Below are positions 1 through 8,964 of a stretch of DNA of 64,000 nt, piece by piece. Source of the stretch: Candidatus Woesearchaeota archaeon (GTDB taxonomy: Archaea; Nanobdellota; Nanobdellia; UBA10117; GCA-020343615); contig CP070803.1 of NCBI GenBank assembly GCA_020343615.1, positions 855,273 through 919,272 of the forward strand, in the 5' to 3' direction. Made by a program: the position numbers and the translations under genes. The notes under the pieces were generated by a model. The model ran no database searches and was not told the DNA's origin. It worked only from the letters and a program-made list of their open reading frames with translations. Position 1 is the stretch's first letter. Each line of letters opens with the position of its first letter.

Positions 1-33
1 AAATTTAAGTAATTGGAATTGTAAAAATTATTT

Positions 34-1158
34 ATGAAAAAATTCATTGTGACTCCGTGGGAAGTTTCTGGAGACATAGATTATGATAAACTAATAAAAG
101 AATTTGGGACTGAAAAGATAACTGATAAGTTACTTAAACGTATAGAAAAGCACACAGGTGAATTGCATTGGTTACTTAGAAGAAAGATATTCTTTAGTCA
201 TAGAGATATGAACTGGATTCTAGATAATTACGAAAAGAAAAATAAATTCTTCTTGTATACTGGAAGAGCTCCTTCTGGATTAACGCATCTAGGCCATCTT
301 GTACCTTGGATATTTGCTCAATGGCTTCAAGAAAAGTTTAATGTTGAAATGTGGTTTCAAATCCCTGATGATGAGAAATTCCTTTTCAAGCCCAAACTAA
401 CGTTAGAGGATACGAAACATTACGCTTACGATAATATATTAGATATAATTGCTCTGGGTTTTGATCCTAAGAAAACCAAGATATTTCTTGACACTGAATA
501 TGCTAAAGTGATGTATCCTTTAGCCTTAGAGATATCTAAAAAAATTACCCTTTCTACAGCCAGGGCAGTTTTCGGTTTTAAGAATGAAATGAATATTGGT
601 GCAATATTTTACACTTCAATGCAAAGTGTTCCTGCTATTCTACCCTCAGTTTTAAAGAAAAAAAATATACCTTGTCTTATACCTCATGCTATAGATCAGG
701 ATGCGCATTTTAGGGTGAGTAGGGATGTTTTGCCTAAATTAGGATATTACAAACCTGCTGCAATTCATTGCAGGTTCCTTTCAGGACTTAGTGGTCCGCA
801 TGGTAAAATGAGTTCCTCTGATCCTAAGGACATCAACACTATATTTGCTACAGACTCTGCTAAAACTGTGGAACATAAAATAAAGAAGTATGCTTTTTCT
901 GGCGGACAGCCAACAATAAAAGAGCACAAAGAAAAAGGTGGCAATCCGGATGTTGATGTAAGTTACCAATACTTAACATTCTTTGAGCCTAGTGATAAAA
1001 AACTAAAGAAAATATATGAAGATTATAAAAGTGGGGCTATACTTACAAGTGAGTTAAAAGGTATATGCATTGAAACTATAAACAAGTTCCTTAAAGAACA
1101 TCAAAAGAAAAGAGAACTAGCTAAGAAAAATATTGAAAAATTCATGTTGAGAGCCTGA
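34..1158 (+). CDS. trpS: tryptophanyl-tRNA synthetase (archaeal/eukaryal type)
   Basis: 374 aa. N-terminal TPWEV..DYDKLI block, HIGH-like THLGH and KMSKS-like KMSSS class I signatures. Confidence 0.9.
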   Translation: MKKFIVTPWEVSGDIDYDKLIKEFGTEKITDKLLKRIEKHTGELHWLLRRKIFFSHRDMNWILDNYEKKNKFFLYTGRAPSGLTHLGHLVPWIFAQWLQEKFNVEMWFQIPDDEKFLFKPKLTLEDTKHYAYDNILDIIALGFDPKKTKIFLDTEYAKVMYPLALEISKKITLSTARAVFGFKNEMNIGAIFYTSMQSVPAILPSVLKKKNIPCLIPHAIDQDAHFRVSRDVLPKLGYYKPAAIHCRFLSGLSGPHGKMSSSDPKDINTIFATDSAKTVEHKIKKYAFSGGQPTIKEHKEKGGNPDVDVSYQYLTFFEPSDKKLKKIYEDYKSGAILTSELKGICIETINKFLKEHQKKRELAKKNIEKFMLRA

Positions 1159-1163
1159 TATAA

Positions 1164-1496
1164 ATGGATCATGTAGTTATCCTAACCATAATAGGACTCG
1201 CTGTAGCACTACTATGGTTTGTAGATGAAATCTTATCATTTAGGAACATTAAGAAATATTCTATCATTTATAACAGACCTCCTTTAATTGCTTGGCTTTT
1301 CCATCATCACGCGCAGAAATTAATATATATTAAAATGGTGGTTTATGTTGTATTTATGATATTAGCTGCAGAACTATTAAAGAAATATTTCTTGTATTTT
1401 CACTTATTTACTCTAACAATGATAGCTTTGTATTTAATATTTGATATAAAAGTACAGCGTAAAATCATTTCATTAACCTATCTAAAAAGAAAATAG
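1164..1496 (+). CDS. small hydrophobic membrane protein, unknown function
   Basis: 110 aa ORF with 3 predicted hydrophobic helices. 3' end converges on and overlaps the antiporter gene. Confidence 0.35.
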   Translation: MDHVVILTIIGLAVALLWFVDEILSFRNIKKYSIIYNRPPLIAWLFHHHAQKLIYIKMVVYVVFMILAAELLKKYFLYFHLFTLTMIALYLIFDIKVQRKIISLTYLKRK

Positions 1497-2622
1497 GAAC
1501 GAATGATGCTATTAAAGTTGTAACTAGAACTACTGAAAATATTATATTCAAGACTAACTCAGGATTCGGAAATAATGGAGCTGAAGATAAAGCTAAAACT
1601 GAACAGACTACTCCCTTGCCTCCTCCTAAAAACAAAATATTTCTTTCACCTCTGCTCTTCACAGAAGCTGAAATATACACAGCAACGTATCTTGAGAGTA
1701 GAACTAGTATGACTACAAAAAAGATTATGGCAACGTTAATGAATGTGAGTTCTACCCCTAAGAAGGTTCCAAGTATAACATAAACAAAAATAAGCAGTAA
1801 TAATTCCAATTCTCCCCCAAAGCTTTTTATTATCCGCGGTGGTGCTGGCTTTAAGTTAGCGAATATTGCTCCTAAAATCAAAACTGAAATTATGCCACTA
1901 CCTCCTACTAAGTTAGTAACTCCATATAATAGTAAGATAGCGCCTAAGGTAAGAATATGTGTTTTTACTTCTTCCTTAAATTTACAGATTATTCTGTATA
2001 TTAGATAGCCGAAAACAACACCCATTCCTACGCCTAAAAAAATCTGGTACATGAAAATCTTTATTGCTCCCGCAAACCCTGTTCTTTGTTTTAAAATGAG
2101 TAAATTAGATATAACTATAACAAACACTACAGCCACCACGGAATTAAGCATTGATTCTAGATTAATTATGTTCTTGATGTTTTCCAACTTACGACCGAAG
2201 CTTTCCAGTATTGGGCGCATTATTGTTGGATCTGTGGATGAAAGTAAAGCACCTAGTAGAATAGCAAGCTCTGCTCTAATATTTAGGAAAACATATGAGA
2301 ATAAACTCACTATGCTAATAATAATCAGTGGGCCTATTAGGGACAAGGAAGTAAAGACTAATGCTTGGCTTTTAAGTCTGGTTAAATTAACAGTGTTTCC
2401 TGCTTCAAAAATAACTATAACTAAAGCAAATGTTACTAATACATTTATTACCTGAGAAAATTTAATAGGGTCAAATAATTTGGTTACTGGTCCTAGAATT
2501 ATACCTAAAACTAAAAGTGGGAGTACTATAGGGATTTTCTTTTTATTTGCTAGAACTAAAAATAAGGCACCTAAAATGATTATTGTACCTATGACGCCTA
2601 TTATTAGAGATGAATCAGCCAT
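1465..2622 (-). CDS. cation:proton antiporter (Na+/H+ exchanger family)
   Basis: 385 aa polytopic membrane protein with the typical Na_H_exchanger pattern (..LLSSTDPT.., repeated G-rich helices). Confidence 0.75.
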   Translation of the reverse strand: MADSSLIIGVIGTIIILGALFLVLANKKKIPIVLPLLVLGIILGPVTKLFDPIKFSQVINVLVTFALVIVIFEAGNTVNLTRLKSQALVFTSLSLIGPLIIISIVSLFSYVFLNIRAELAILLGALLSSTDPTIMRPILESFGRKLENIKNIINLESMLNSVVAVVFVIVISNLLILKQRTGFAGAIKIFMYQIFLGVGMGVVFGYLIYRIICKFKEEVKTHILTLGAILLLYGVTNLVGGSGIISVLILGAIFANLKPAPPRIIKSFGGELELLLLIFVYVILGTFLGVELTFINVAIIFFVVILVLLSRYVAVYISASVKSRGERNILFLGGGKGVVCSVLALSSAPLFPNPELVLNIIFSVVLVTTLIASFVPIFFLDRLMK

Positions 2623-2666
2623 TAAGAAATAATAAGCTATACTAGTTTAAAATATTATTTAACTAT

Positions 2667-3671
2667 CTAAAAGAACTCATCTAGACCTTCTTGTGACCTT
2701 TCACCTTTAGCTTCAGAAAGCTTCTTCAATGCGTTCTCAACTCTTGTCTTGGAAAAATCATGCTCATTGCAGAGAATATGAAATATATCATTCTTTTTTG
2801 GCTCTGTCCAAACTAGATCAAAGTCTTTAGCTATTGGTGGCTCTAAGAACATTTGCTCGACCCTTTTCCAGTGTTTTATTTCATTAGTATATTTTGCAAA
2901 TTGTAGGTCCTTAACAATTTCTAATGCTTTCTTGGGTCCTATTCCTTTGACTCCTTTGTTATAATCTGTCCCTAGTAGAATCGCCAGTTTTATCAACTGT
3001 TCTTTAACTATTTTCAGGTTATTTAAAGTTTCAACTAGACTAATCTTTTGCGGTTTTACTTCCACATAGGCTTGTTTTCCAGGAAGTTTTCTTTTTCCTG
3101 AAACTGAAAGGTTTCTGATTAACAGTGGTGCGCCGAAAAGTAAGGAATCATAATCCTGGCTTACTACTGCATGAACCATCCCTTCCTTTACCATCCATGC
3201 AGCCTGAGCTTCACCTTCACCAATTGCTTGAACATATGGTAAACCCATTGCTACAATAAGTTTCTTACTTTCAGAAACCATTTCCTTGGTTAATCTAGAA
3301 GTCTGCTGAGCCCACTTTCTAGCTTCTTCTACGTCGCCTTTTTCAAGTGCTTTTTTATGCTCCTCTGTTGCTTTTTCCTTAATAGCTCTCCGTTGTTCTT
3401 GTACGTCTGCTTTTAATTCTGGAGCTTGACCATCAAAGACAAAGCAAGGTTTGATCCCTAACTCGAGTAAATTAATAGTTCTGTGAAATAATCCTGATAA
3501 ATGAGAAGTTACTCTCCCTTTGCTGTCCATTAGAGGTGTGCCATCTCTTTGTCTGATTATAGAAAGAAATTGGTATAATGTATTGTAGGCATCAATAGCT
3601 AATTTTTTAGTTTTCAGACTACCTAATTCGATGTCATGAGCTACAACTAAGCTACCCAAATCAACTCCCAT
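2667..3671 (-). CDS. fen: flap endonuclease 1
   Basis: MGVDLG..LAIDAYN.LYQFL..DS.GR.TSHL.G.F.R..NLLE.GIKP.FVFDG signature. I prefer the ATG at 3671, which is preceded by GGAGGTGA, over the track start at 3686. Confidence 0.9.
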   Translation of the reverse strand: MGVDLGSLVVAHDIELGSLKTKKLAIDAYNTLYQFLSIIRQRDGTPLMDSKGRVTSHLSGLFHRTINLLELGIKPCFVFDGQAPELKADVQEQRRAIKEKATEEHKKALEKGDVEEARKWAQQTSRLTKEMVSESKKLIVAMGLPYVQAIGEGEAQAAWMVKEGMVHAVVSQDYDSLLFGAPLLIRNLSVSGKRKLPGKQAYVEVKPQKISLVETLNNLKIVKEQLIKLAILLGTDYNKGVKGIGPKKALEIVKDLQFAKYTNEIKHWKRVEQMFLEPPIAKDFDLVWTEPKKNDIFHILCNEHDFSKTRVENALKKLSEAKGERSQEGLDEFF

Positions 3672-3760
3672 TTCACCTCCATTCACTAAGAGAATATAAT
3701 TCTATAAATTATTTTTGTTTGATAACAAATTTTAAAATATTTTACTTACTAAAAGTAATT

Positions 3761-4585
3761 ATGGAATTAGCATATACGGTAGTAAACGGAAAAATCGTCT
3801 ATAATGATGGTGGTGCTGTTGAAAAAAAAATGCTATATAAAGTGAACAGAGGAGATGTTCTACATTTTGCTTTGCTTGACACTGAAAAAAAATATTCTAA
3901 CTTGACCTTAGAAGATATTGTCGTTAATTTATGCGATTTTGGTATTGATGTTTTGTTAATTGGTGGTTCAACTGGAGTTACTGATGAGGGTATAACTAAA
4001 ATCACAGATATCAAAGAGAGAAATGGGATAGATGTCCCGACAATTGTTTTTCCAAGAAGTGTTGGTGATCTAAAAGGAAGAGCAAATGCTGTGTTATATA
4101 TGCGATGCACTAATTCAAGGAAAATGAAATACGTAAAAGATGAAGCTATTGAAGGGGCAGCCTATTTATTAAATGGAAATATAGAAGAGATTCCTTTAAC
4201 TTATCTTATTGTCGAACCAGGCGGTATGGTGGGACAAATAGCAGATGCTCAATTAATTCCTAGAGATAATCCTAAAATAGCTATAATGCATGCTAGAGAA
4301 GCAAAAGCAAATGGTTCTCGTTGGTTTTATCTTGAAGCTGGTTCTCATGCAAGCCCGGCTATTCATGAAGAAAGAGGGCCTGAATTAATAAGTGCTGTCA
4401 AGAAATATGTTAATCTTCCGCTTATTGTTGGTGGTGGAATTAGAAGTCCTGAGGCTGTTAGAATTGTTAAGAAAGCTGGGGCTAATGGAATAGTTACTGG
4501 AAATATAATTGAAAAAGAAGATATGAGTCTAATGAAGAGAATAATCGAGGCAGTTCATGAAGAAAGAGCCCCAGGCGAGAATTGA
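3761..4585 (+). CDS. geranylgeranylglyceryl phosphate synthase (PcrB/GGGPS family)
   Basis: LLIGGSTGVT, EPGG.VG and IVGGGIRSPE motifs of the GGGPS TIM barrel. Start moved to the ATG at 3761. The last 19 nt overlap tRNA-Thr on the opposite strand. Confidence 0.8.
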   Translation: MELAYTVVNGKIVYNDGGAVEKKMLYKVNRGDVLHFALLDTEKKYSNLTLEDIVVNLCDFGIDVLLIGGSTGVTDEGITKITDIKERNGIDVPTIVFPRSVGDLKGRANAVLYMRCTNSRKMKYVKDEAIEGAAYLLNGNIEEIPLTYLIVEPGGMVGQIADAQLIPRDNPKIAIMHAREAKANGSRWFYLEAGSHASPAIHEERGPELISAVKKYVNLPLIVGGGIRSPEAVRIVKKAGANGIVTGNIIEKEDMSLMKRIIEAVHEERAPGEN

Positions 4586-4638
4586 ACTCGCGACCTCGTG
4601 CTTACCAAGCACGCGCTCTACCACTGAGCCACTGAGGC
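4567..4638 (-). tRNA. tRNA-Thr (anticodon GGU)
   Basis: Hand-folded cloverleaf: GCCTCAG/CTGGGGC acceptor, GCTC/GAGC D stem, CGTGC-TTGGTAA-GCACG anticodon arm, GCGAG-TTCAATT-CTCGC T arm, U73. Confidence 0.9.
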
Positions 4639-5193
4639 TTATAAGCCTAAATCTTCACTTATTGTCTTCATAGAATTTAATGATATTTCAAAAAACTTTT
4701 CTTTTTCTATTCCTAACTTCTCACAAAGTAACATGTTTTCTCTATTGCAGTTTCTAGCAAAATCTTTTTGCTTGAATTTCTTCTTTATGCTCTTTACTTT
4801 AACATCTTCTAATTTTTTACTTGGTTGTATTAAAGCTGAAGCTATTACTAAGCCTGAAACTGCATCTGCAGCAATCAAAGCGAAGTCTATTTTTGATTCT
4901 GGATTAACTCCAGTGTTCTCAAAATTATGTGACTTTATTGCGTGCATTACTTCATCAGAAACCTTATCTTTCAGAATCTCTTCAGCAACTAATCCGTGGT
5001 TTTTATGATCATCTTTTGTTCGTTCGTAATCGATGTCATGAAGCAAGCCGCAAATTGCCCACATCTCTTCTTCTTCGTTGAGATAACTCGCTATACCCTT
5101 CATTATTGCTTCTACAGCTAAACAATGCTTGAAAAGATTTTCATTAGATAAATTATTTTTTAATAAATCTAGAGATTCATCCCTTGAAATCAT
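4639..5193 (-). CDS. HD-domain metal-dependent phosphohydrolase
   Basis: 184 aa with H..HDIDY (LLHDIDYE) HD signature. The stop codon directly abuts the tRNA-Thr 5' end. Confidence 0.7.
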   Translation of the reverse strand: MISRDESLDLLKNNLSNENLFKHCLAVEAIMKGIASYLNEEEEMWAICGLLHDIDYERTKDDHKNHGLVAEEILKDKVSDEVMHAIKSHNFENTGVNPESKIDFALIAADAVSGLVIASALIQPSKKLEDVKVKSIKKKFKQKDFARNCNRENMLLCEKLGIEKEKFFEISLNSMKTISEDLGL

Positions 5194-5196
5194 ATT

Positions 5197-5222
5197 AAAA
5201 AAAGCCTATCGTAAAGATAGGC
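5197..5222 (-). terminator. hairpin plus T7 terminator-like element downstream of the 47-aa zinc-ribbon gene
   Basis: On the minus strand, GCCTATC-TTTAC-GATAGGC (7-bp stem) is followed immediately by TTTTTTT. Confidence 0.4.
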
Positions 5223-5232
5223 AAAGATAGAT

Positions 5233-5376
5233 TTATCCGCCTATTCTGTACATCCCCGCGCCACATGTTGGGCAGGTGCCTTTGGTAGCTTTTCTACCAT
5301 TCTTCATCGTAACTTGTTTTGGATCCTTCATTTCAACGTTCTTTTTCTTACATTTTACACAATACCCTTTTACCAT
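5233..5376 (-). CDS. small zinc-ribbon protein (DUF5679-like), 47 aa, not in ORF track
   Basis: Translates to MVKGYCVKCKKKNVEMKDPKQVTMKNGRKATKGTCPTCGAGMYRIGG, with two CxxC pairs. A GGTGA Shine-Dalgarno sequence lies upstream. Confidence 0.6.
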   Translation of the reverse strand: MVKGYCVKCKKKNVEMKDPKQVTMKNGRKATKGTCPTCGAGMYRIGG

Positions 5377-5437
5377 TTTTTTCACCTTGAGTGTCTTTTA
5401 AGTGGTGTATAACTTATAAAAAGATTTCTATAGTGGA

Positions 5438-5857
5438 TTATTTCATCTTTTTTGTTATATTTATCTTAAAATTGCAGTGTTCACACTCAAAAACAACGGC
5501 GTCTGCTCTTGATTTCTTTCCAGAATTCGGGTCCGTAATCGTGATTTTTTGCCTTTTGAAAGGAACTTGAGTTGATCCCTGTTTCTTACAATTTGGACAA
5601 GTATATTCGATGTTGGCTGTCAAAGTATCTTCATATTCTTCTTTTTCTGCAGTATATCCGCACTCTGGGCAAATATATTCAGTTGCTCTAGTTTTTGGCT
5701 TTCCTGTCTTTGGGTCAATTGGTTTTCCCATTAGACCCTTTTTACAACTTGGGCATTCACTTCTAAAAACCCAGACCTTTGCTTTTCCATCTGGAAGAAT
5801 AGTTCTCTGAGTAAAGTATACTAATTCACTCATTGACTTTGGTTGTCTTAGTTCCAT
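5438..5857 (-). CDS. multi zinc-ribbon protein, unknown function
   Basis: 139 aa with four CxxC pairs (CPSC, CPEC, CPNC, CEHC) arranged as two ribbon modules. Confidence 0.45.
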   Translation of the reverse strand: MELRQPKSMSELVYFTQRTILPDGKAKVWVFRSECPSCKKGLMGKPIDPKTGKPKTRATEYICPECGYTAEKEEYEDTLTANIEYTCPNCKKQGSTQVPFKRQKITITDPNSGKKSRADAVVFECEHCNFKINITKKMK

Positions 5858-5882
5858 AGAAAAAGTATAGCAATCGTCGTCT

Positions 5883-6623
5883 TTAAAAAATTTTAGAAGT
5901 TTCAGTATTTAGATTATTATATAAATTAAAAATAATACTTTTTCGTTCTTTAAGATTTGATCTTGGAAGTCCTTTTCCTATTTTTTTCCAAATGTCTATT
6001 TTAGAAGTATGTTTCGGATTGTTAAATCCTATCTCTTTAATCCATCGATTTATGTCTTCTTTTTTGTATAATACGAGTGAATAGACTGGATTTAAATCTC
6101 GTTTACCTTTGTATGGTTTTTTAAAATATGGTCTAAATCCTAATTTTTCAGATATTTGTTTTATCTGAAATATAAGATTTTTTGAAGTACTACTAATTTT
6201 TATTCTTGGTTGCGTGTGTTTACCGGAAGTACTTTTATTGAAGTAAACTGTACCATCTGTATCAAATATTCCTCGCAATACATTTCTAATTAAAGATTCT
6301 GTCATAAGTCTTTCTGGTATTTCTATATTCGTTTTCTTACCGGGTTTCAAACCAATATTTCTTAAGTAATCTACAACTGCTTTATTAAATATTTTAAATC
6401 CGTAGACTCCATTTTTTGAATAATCTCTTCCACTTAATTTATAATCCAATAAAGGTTTTCCAATAGTTTTGTTAAACAAAGGAATTACTGTTTTATCATA
6501 GTACTCTCTTTCTTCTATTGAATCTCCACATACTGAAAGTTCACTATATCTTTTGTTTACGCTAATGCAACCATCTCCAATACATATTCCTATAAACTCT
6601 GCCAAATCTTTGGTTAGTTCCAT
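5883..6623 (-). CDS. LAGLIDADG homing endonuclease (double-motif, free-standing)
   Basis: 246 aa with two LAGLIDADG-type motifs (FIGICIGDGCIS and LRGIFDTDGTVYF). The ATG lies 6 nt after the tRNA-Leu 3' end on the same strand. Confidence 0.85.
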   Translation of the reverse strand: MELTKDLAEFIGICIGDGCISVNKRYSELSVCGDSIEEREYYDKTVIPLFNKTIGKPLLDYKLSGRDYSKNGVYGFKIFNKAVVDYLRNIGLKPGKKTNIEIPERLMTESLIRNVLRGIFDTDGTVYFNKSTSGKHTQPRIKISSTSKNLIFQIKQISEKLGFRPYFKKPYKGKRDLNPVYSLVLYKKEDINRWIKEIGFNNPKHTSKIDIWKKIGKGLPRSNLKERKSIIFNLYNNLNTETSKIF

Positions 6624-6629
6624 TTAAAA

Positions 6630-6769
6630 TGCTGGGAACCGGATTCGAACCGGCGAAGACACTAAGTCACAGGATGACTTACCACCTTAATGAGCGGTCT
6701 TAAGTATGGCAGATGTCATAAAATTTTTATCGACATCTCCTGCCCCTTTGACCACTCGGGAATCCCAGC
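6630..6769 (-). tRNA. tRNA-Leu (anticodon UAA) with two introns (33 nt at 6706-6738, 23 nt at 6676-6698)
   Basis: GCTGGGA/TCCCAGC acceptor, A73, 3-bp D stem with GAGTGGTCAAA loop, long variable arm, GCCGG-TTCGAAT-CCGGT T arm. After removing two BHB-bounded introns the anticodon arm is CAGGA-CTTAAGA-TCCTG. Confidence 0.8.
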
Positions 6770-6822
6770 AGTGATTATATTTAGTTTTCTATTCATTTAA
6801 AAACTTGATGGTAACTAGAATA

Positions 6823-7254
6823 CTATTGAATGTAATGAGAAATACGTTCTCTTGCTATAAGTTCACGTATTTCTTTTGAGTTTTCATGTAAATCATCTTT
6901 AAGTTTTGCTAGGTCTTTTAAAATTCTATTATTACTGACATTAGATTCACCTATCATAAGAGTATATGCACGCCCTATTCTATCTATCCTATAGTAAATA
7001 CGATTAACAATATTGAATACCTCTTGTATCTCCTTTAAATTTGCTTTTCCATTTCTTATTCTTTCAGAATGCTCCTTTGCCATGGTAATATACTTTAAGG
7101 CTTCTTCTCCAATGGCTTCTAATTCGTGTACTATTGTTTCTTTTGTTATTAAGTCCTTTTCATTTTTTCTTAAGTCTTCTTCTAATTTTCTCAATTGACT
7201 TAACTCTTTTTTTGTGAGATTTATCTCATGATTCAAAAGTTTTAGTGTATTCAT
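6823..7254 (-). CDS. hypothetical coiled-coil protein
   Basis: 143 aa ORF rich in charged and heptad-like sequence. No recognisable motif. Confidence 0.4.
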   Translation of the reverse strand: MNTLKLLNHEINLTKKELSQLRKLEEDLRKNEKDLITKETIVHELEAIGEEALKYITMAKEHSERIRNGKANLKEIQEVFNIVNRIYYRIDRIGRAYTLMIGESNVSNNRILKDLAKLKDDLHENSKEIRELIARERISHYIQ

Positions 7255-7318
7255 GATATAATATAATTCACTTATCTTTTAATAAATTTTATAATTGTAT
7301 AATTATAATATATATATT

Positions 7319-7663
7319 ATGGGAGTTATCTCAAAACTTGATCTAATGCGTCATAAGAAGATTATGGAGGATATATTAGAAATAGATAGACAAAAGGCTG
7401 AAATAGTTGCTCAGTTAGTACCTCTGATTAAAGATTTTTATGAAACATGGCATAGTAGAGAAGCTAATGAAAAAAGATTGTACAAGTTATTCTCCAAACC
7501 TCAAAAGAATGAAACAGTTAAAGAAGAAGAACTTGCTTATAGGAGAGACTTAGAAGATTTAGAAAAAGAAAAAGAAGATCTAAGACAAATTAAAAGATTA
7601 ATAAGAATATTAGAATCCTATGATGAAGATCTAATAAGAGAATTAAACTTACTAAATTCTTGA
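7319..7663 (+). CDS. hypothetical coiled-coil protein
   Basis: Track ORF starts at a TTG (7295). The first ATG is at 7319 (MGVISKLDL..). Helical and charged. Confidence 0.4.
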   Translation: MGVISKLDLMRHKKIMEDILEIDRQKAEIVAQLVPLIKDFYETWHSREANEKRLYKLFSKPQKNETVKEEELAYRRDLEDLEKEKEDLRQIKRLIRILESYDEDLIRELNLLNS

Positions 7664-8230
7664 TTATTTTGAAACAAATTCATTATTTTTAATAAAGAAT
7701 CTTAGATGTTTTGGTAGATCTCTAGTTACTCCGATTCTATGTGAGGTTTCTATGTTTTTTATTTCTTTACTTCTTATTATTACTAGATCTAAATTAGCTA
7801 AATTTCCGTGAAATTCTTCTTTTGTAATTTTAAAGGCTCGTGTTAATTTACCTGGTCCTGAACACAAATCTTTTAGCTTATCTTTGCAACGATATTGTTT
7901 CATCAAATCTACTCCTTCTATTGGTTCTAGTGCCCTTATGAGAACAGCTTGAGCTTCATTTTCTTTACCTGTTACGAAATTAAGCATCCAGTGATTATGA
8001 ACATTGTATATAAAAATTGTTCCTGGTTTAGACCACATCCCTTCGCTTAAGTTTGTTTTTCCCTTATAAGCCCTAGAAGCTGGGTCTTTGTAACCATAAT
8101 ATGCTTCAGTTTCTACTATTTTTCCTTTCAGAATTTTTCCATTGATTTCCCTTACAAGATAATTTCCTAGTAAATCTTTAGCTACTTCTTCTGCATCTCT
8201 TGCATAAAATTCTGGATTTAATTTTTTCAT
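7664..8230 (-). CDS. DNA-3-methyladenine glycosylase (MPG/AAG family)
   Basis: 188 aa. Shows F..DA..VA..LLG..L......G.IVETEAY....D.ASRAY.GKT and PG..FIY..HNHWMLN, typical of the Mpg family. Confidence 0.85.
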   Translation of the reverse strand: MKKLNPEFYARDAEEVAKDLLGNYLVREINGKILKGKIVETEAYYGYKDPASRAYKGKTNLSEGMWSKPGTIFIYNVHNHWMLNFVTGKENEAQAVLIRALEPIEGVDLMKQYRCKDKLKDLCSGPGKLTRAFKITKEEFHGNLANLDLVIIRSKEIKNIETSHRIGVTRDLPKHLRFFIKNNEFVSK

Positions 8231-8285
8231 ATTTATTACAATAAAGAAAAAGTTAAAAAAGACTTTGATAAATTAGTAGACTGAA

Positions 8286-8957
8286 ATGGTAAAAATAATA
8301 TTCCTTGGACCTCCTGGTTCCGGCAAAGGGACCTACTCTTCTAGAATCGGACCAGAATTAGTAATACCGCATATATCTACAGGTGACTTACTAAGAAACG
8401 AAGTTAAGGGAGATAGTGAGCTAGGGAAAAAAGCTGCTGAGTACATGAATAAAGGAAATTTAGTTCCTGATGATTTGGTCATTGAAATTCTCAAAAAAAG
8501 AGTAGAGAAACCTGATTGTGAAAGAGGATTCATACTTGATGGTTTTCCAAGAACTCTTAACCAAGCAAAAGCATTAGACAAAATAACAAACATAGATATG
8601 GTAATTAATCTGTATTTGCCTGATGATATACTCATTACTAAATTATCAGGTAGAAGAGTTTGTAGGAACTGCGGAGATAACTACAATGTCACAGATATTA
8701 AAGACGATGAAAGAGGGATATACATGGCTCCACTTTTACCAAAAAAAGAAGGAGTATGTGATAAATGTGGTGGTGAGCTTTACCAGAGAGATGATGACAA
8801 ACCTGAAGTTATTAAAGAAAGATTAGAAGTATACTATCAAAAAACAAAATCTCTAATTGATTATTACACCGAAAAAGGAATTTTAAAACAATTTAATGTT
8901 AATGCAGTTCCAGATATAATGGTCCCGAAAATTTTAAAACTTATACGTTCTGGGTAA
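8286..8957 (+). CDS. adk: adenylate kinase (long, zinc-lid type)
   Basis: P-loop GPPGSGKGT, GFPRT, and lid with CRNCG...CDKCGG cysteine pairs. Confidence 0.9.
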   Translation: MVKIIFLGPPGSGKGTYSSRIGPELVIPHISTGDLLRNEVKGDSELGKKAAEYMNKGNLVPDDLVIEILKKRVEKPDCERGFILDGFPRTLNQAKALDKITNIDMVINLYLPDDILITKLSGRRVCRNCGDNYNVTDIKDDERGIYMAPLLPKKEGVCDKCGGELYQRDDDKPEVIKERLEVYYQKTKSLIDYYTEKGILKQFNVNAVPDIMVPKILKLIRSG

Positions 8958-8964
8958 ATTCTAT

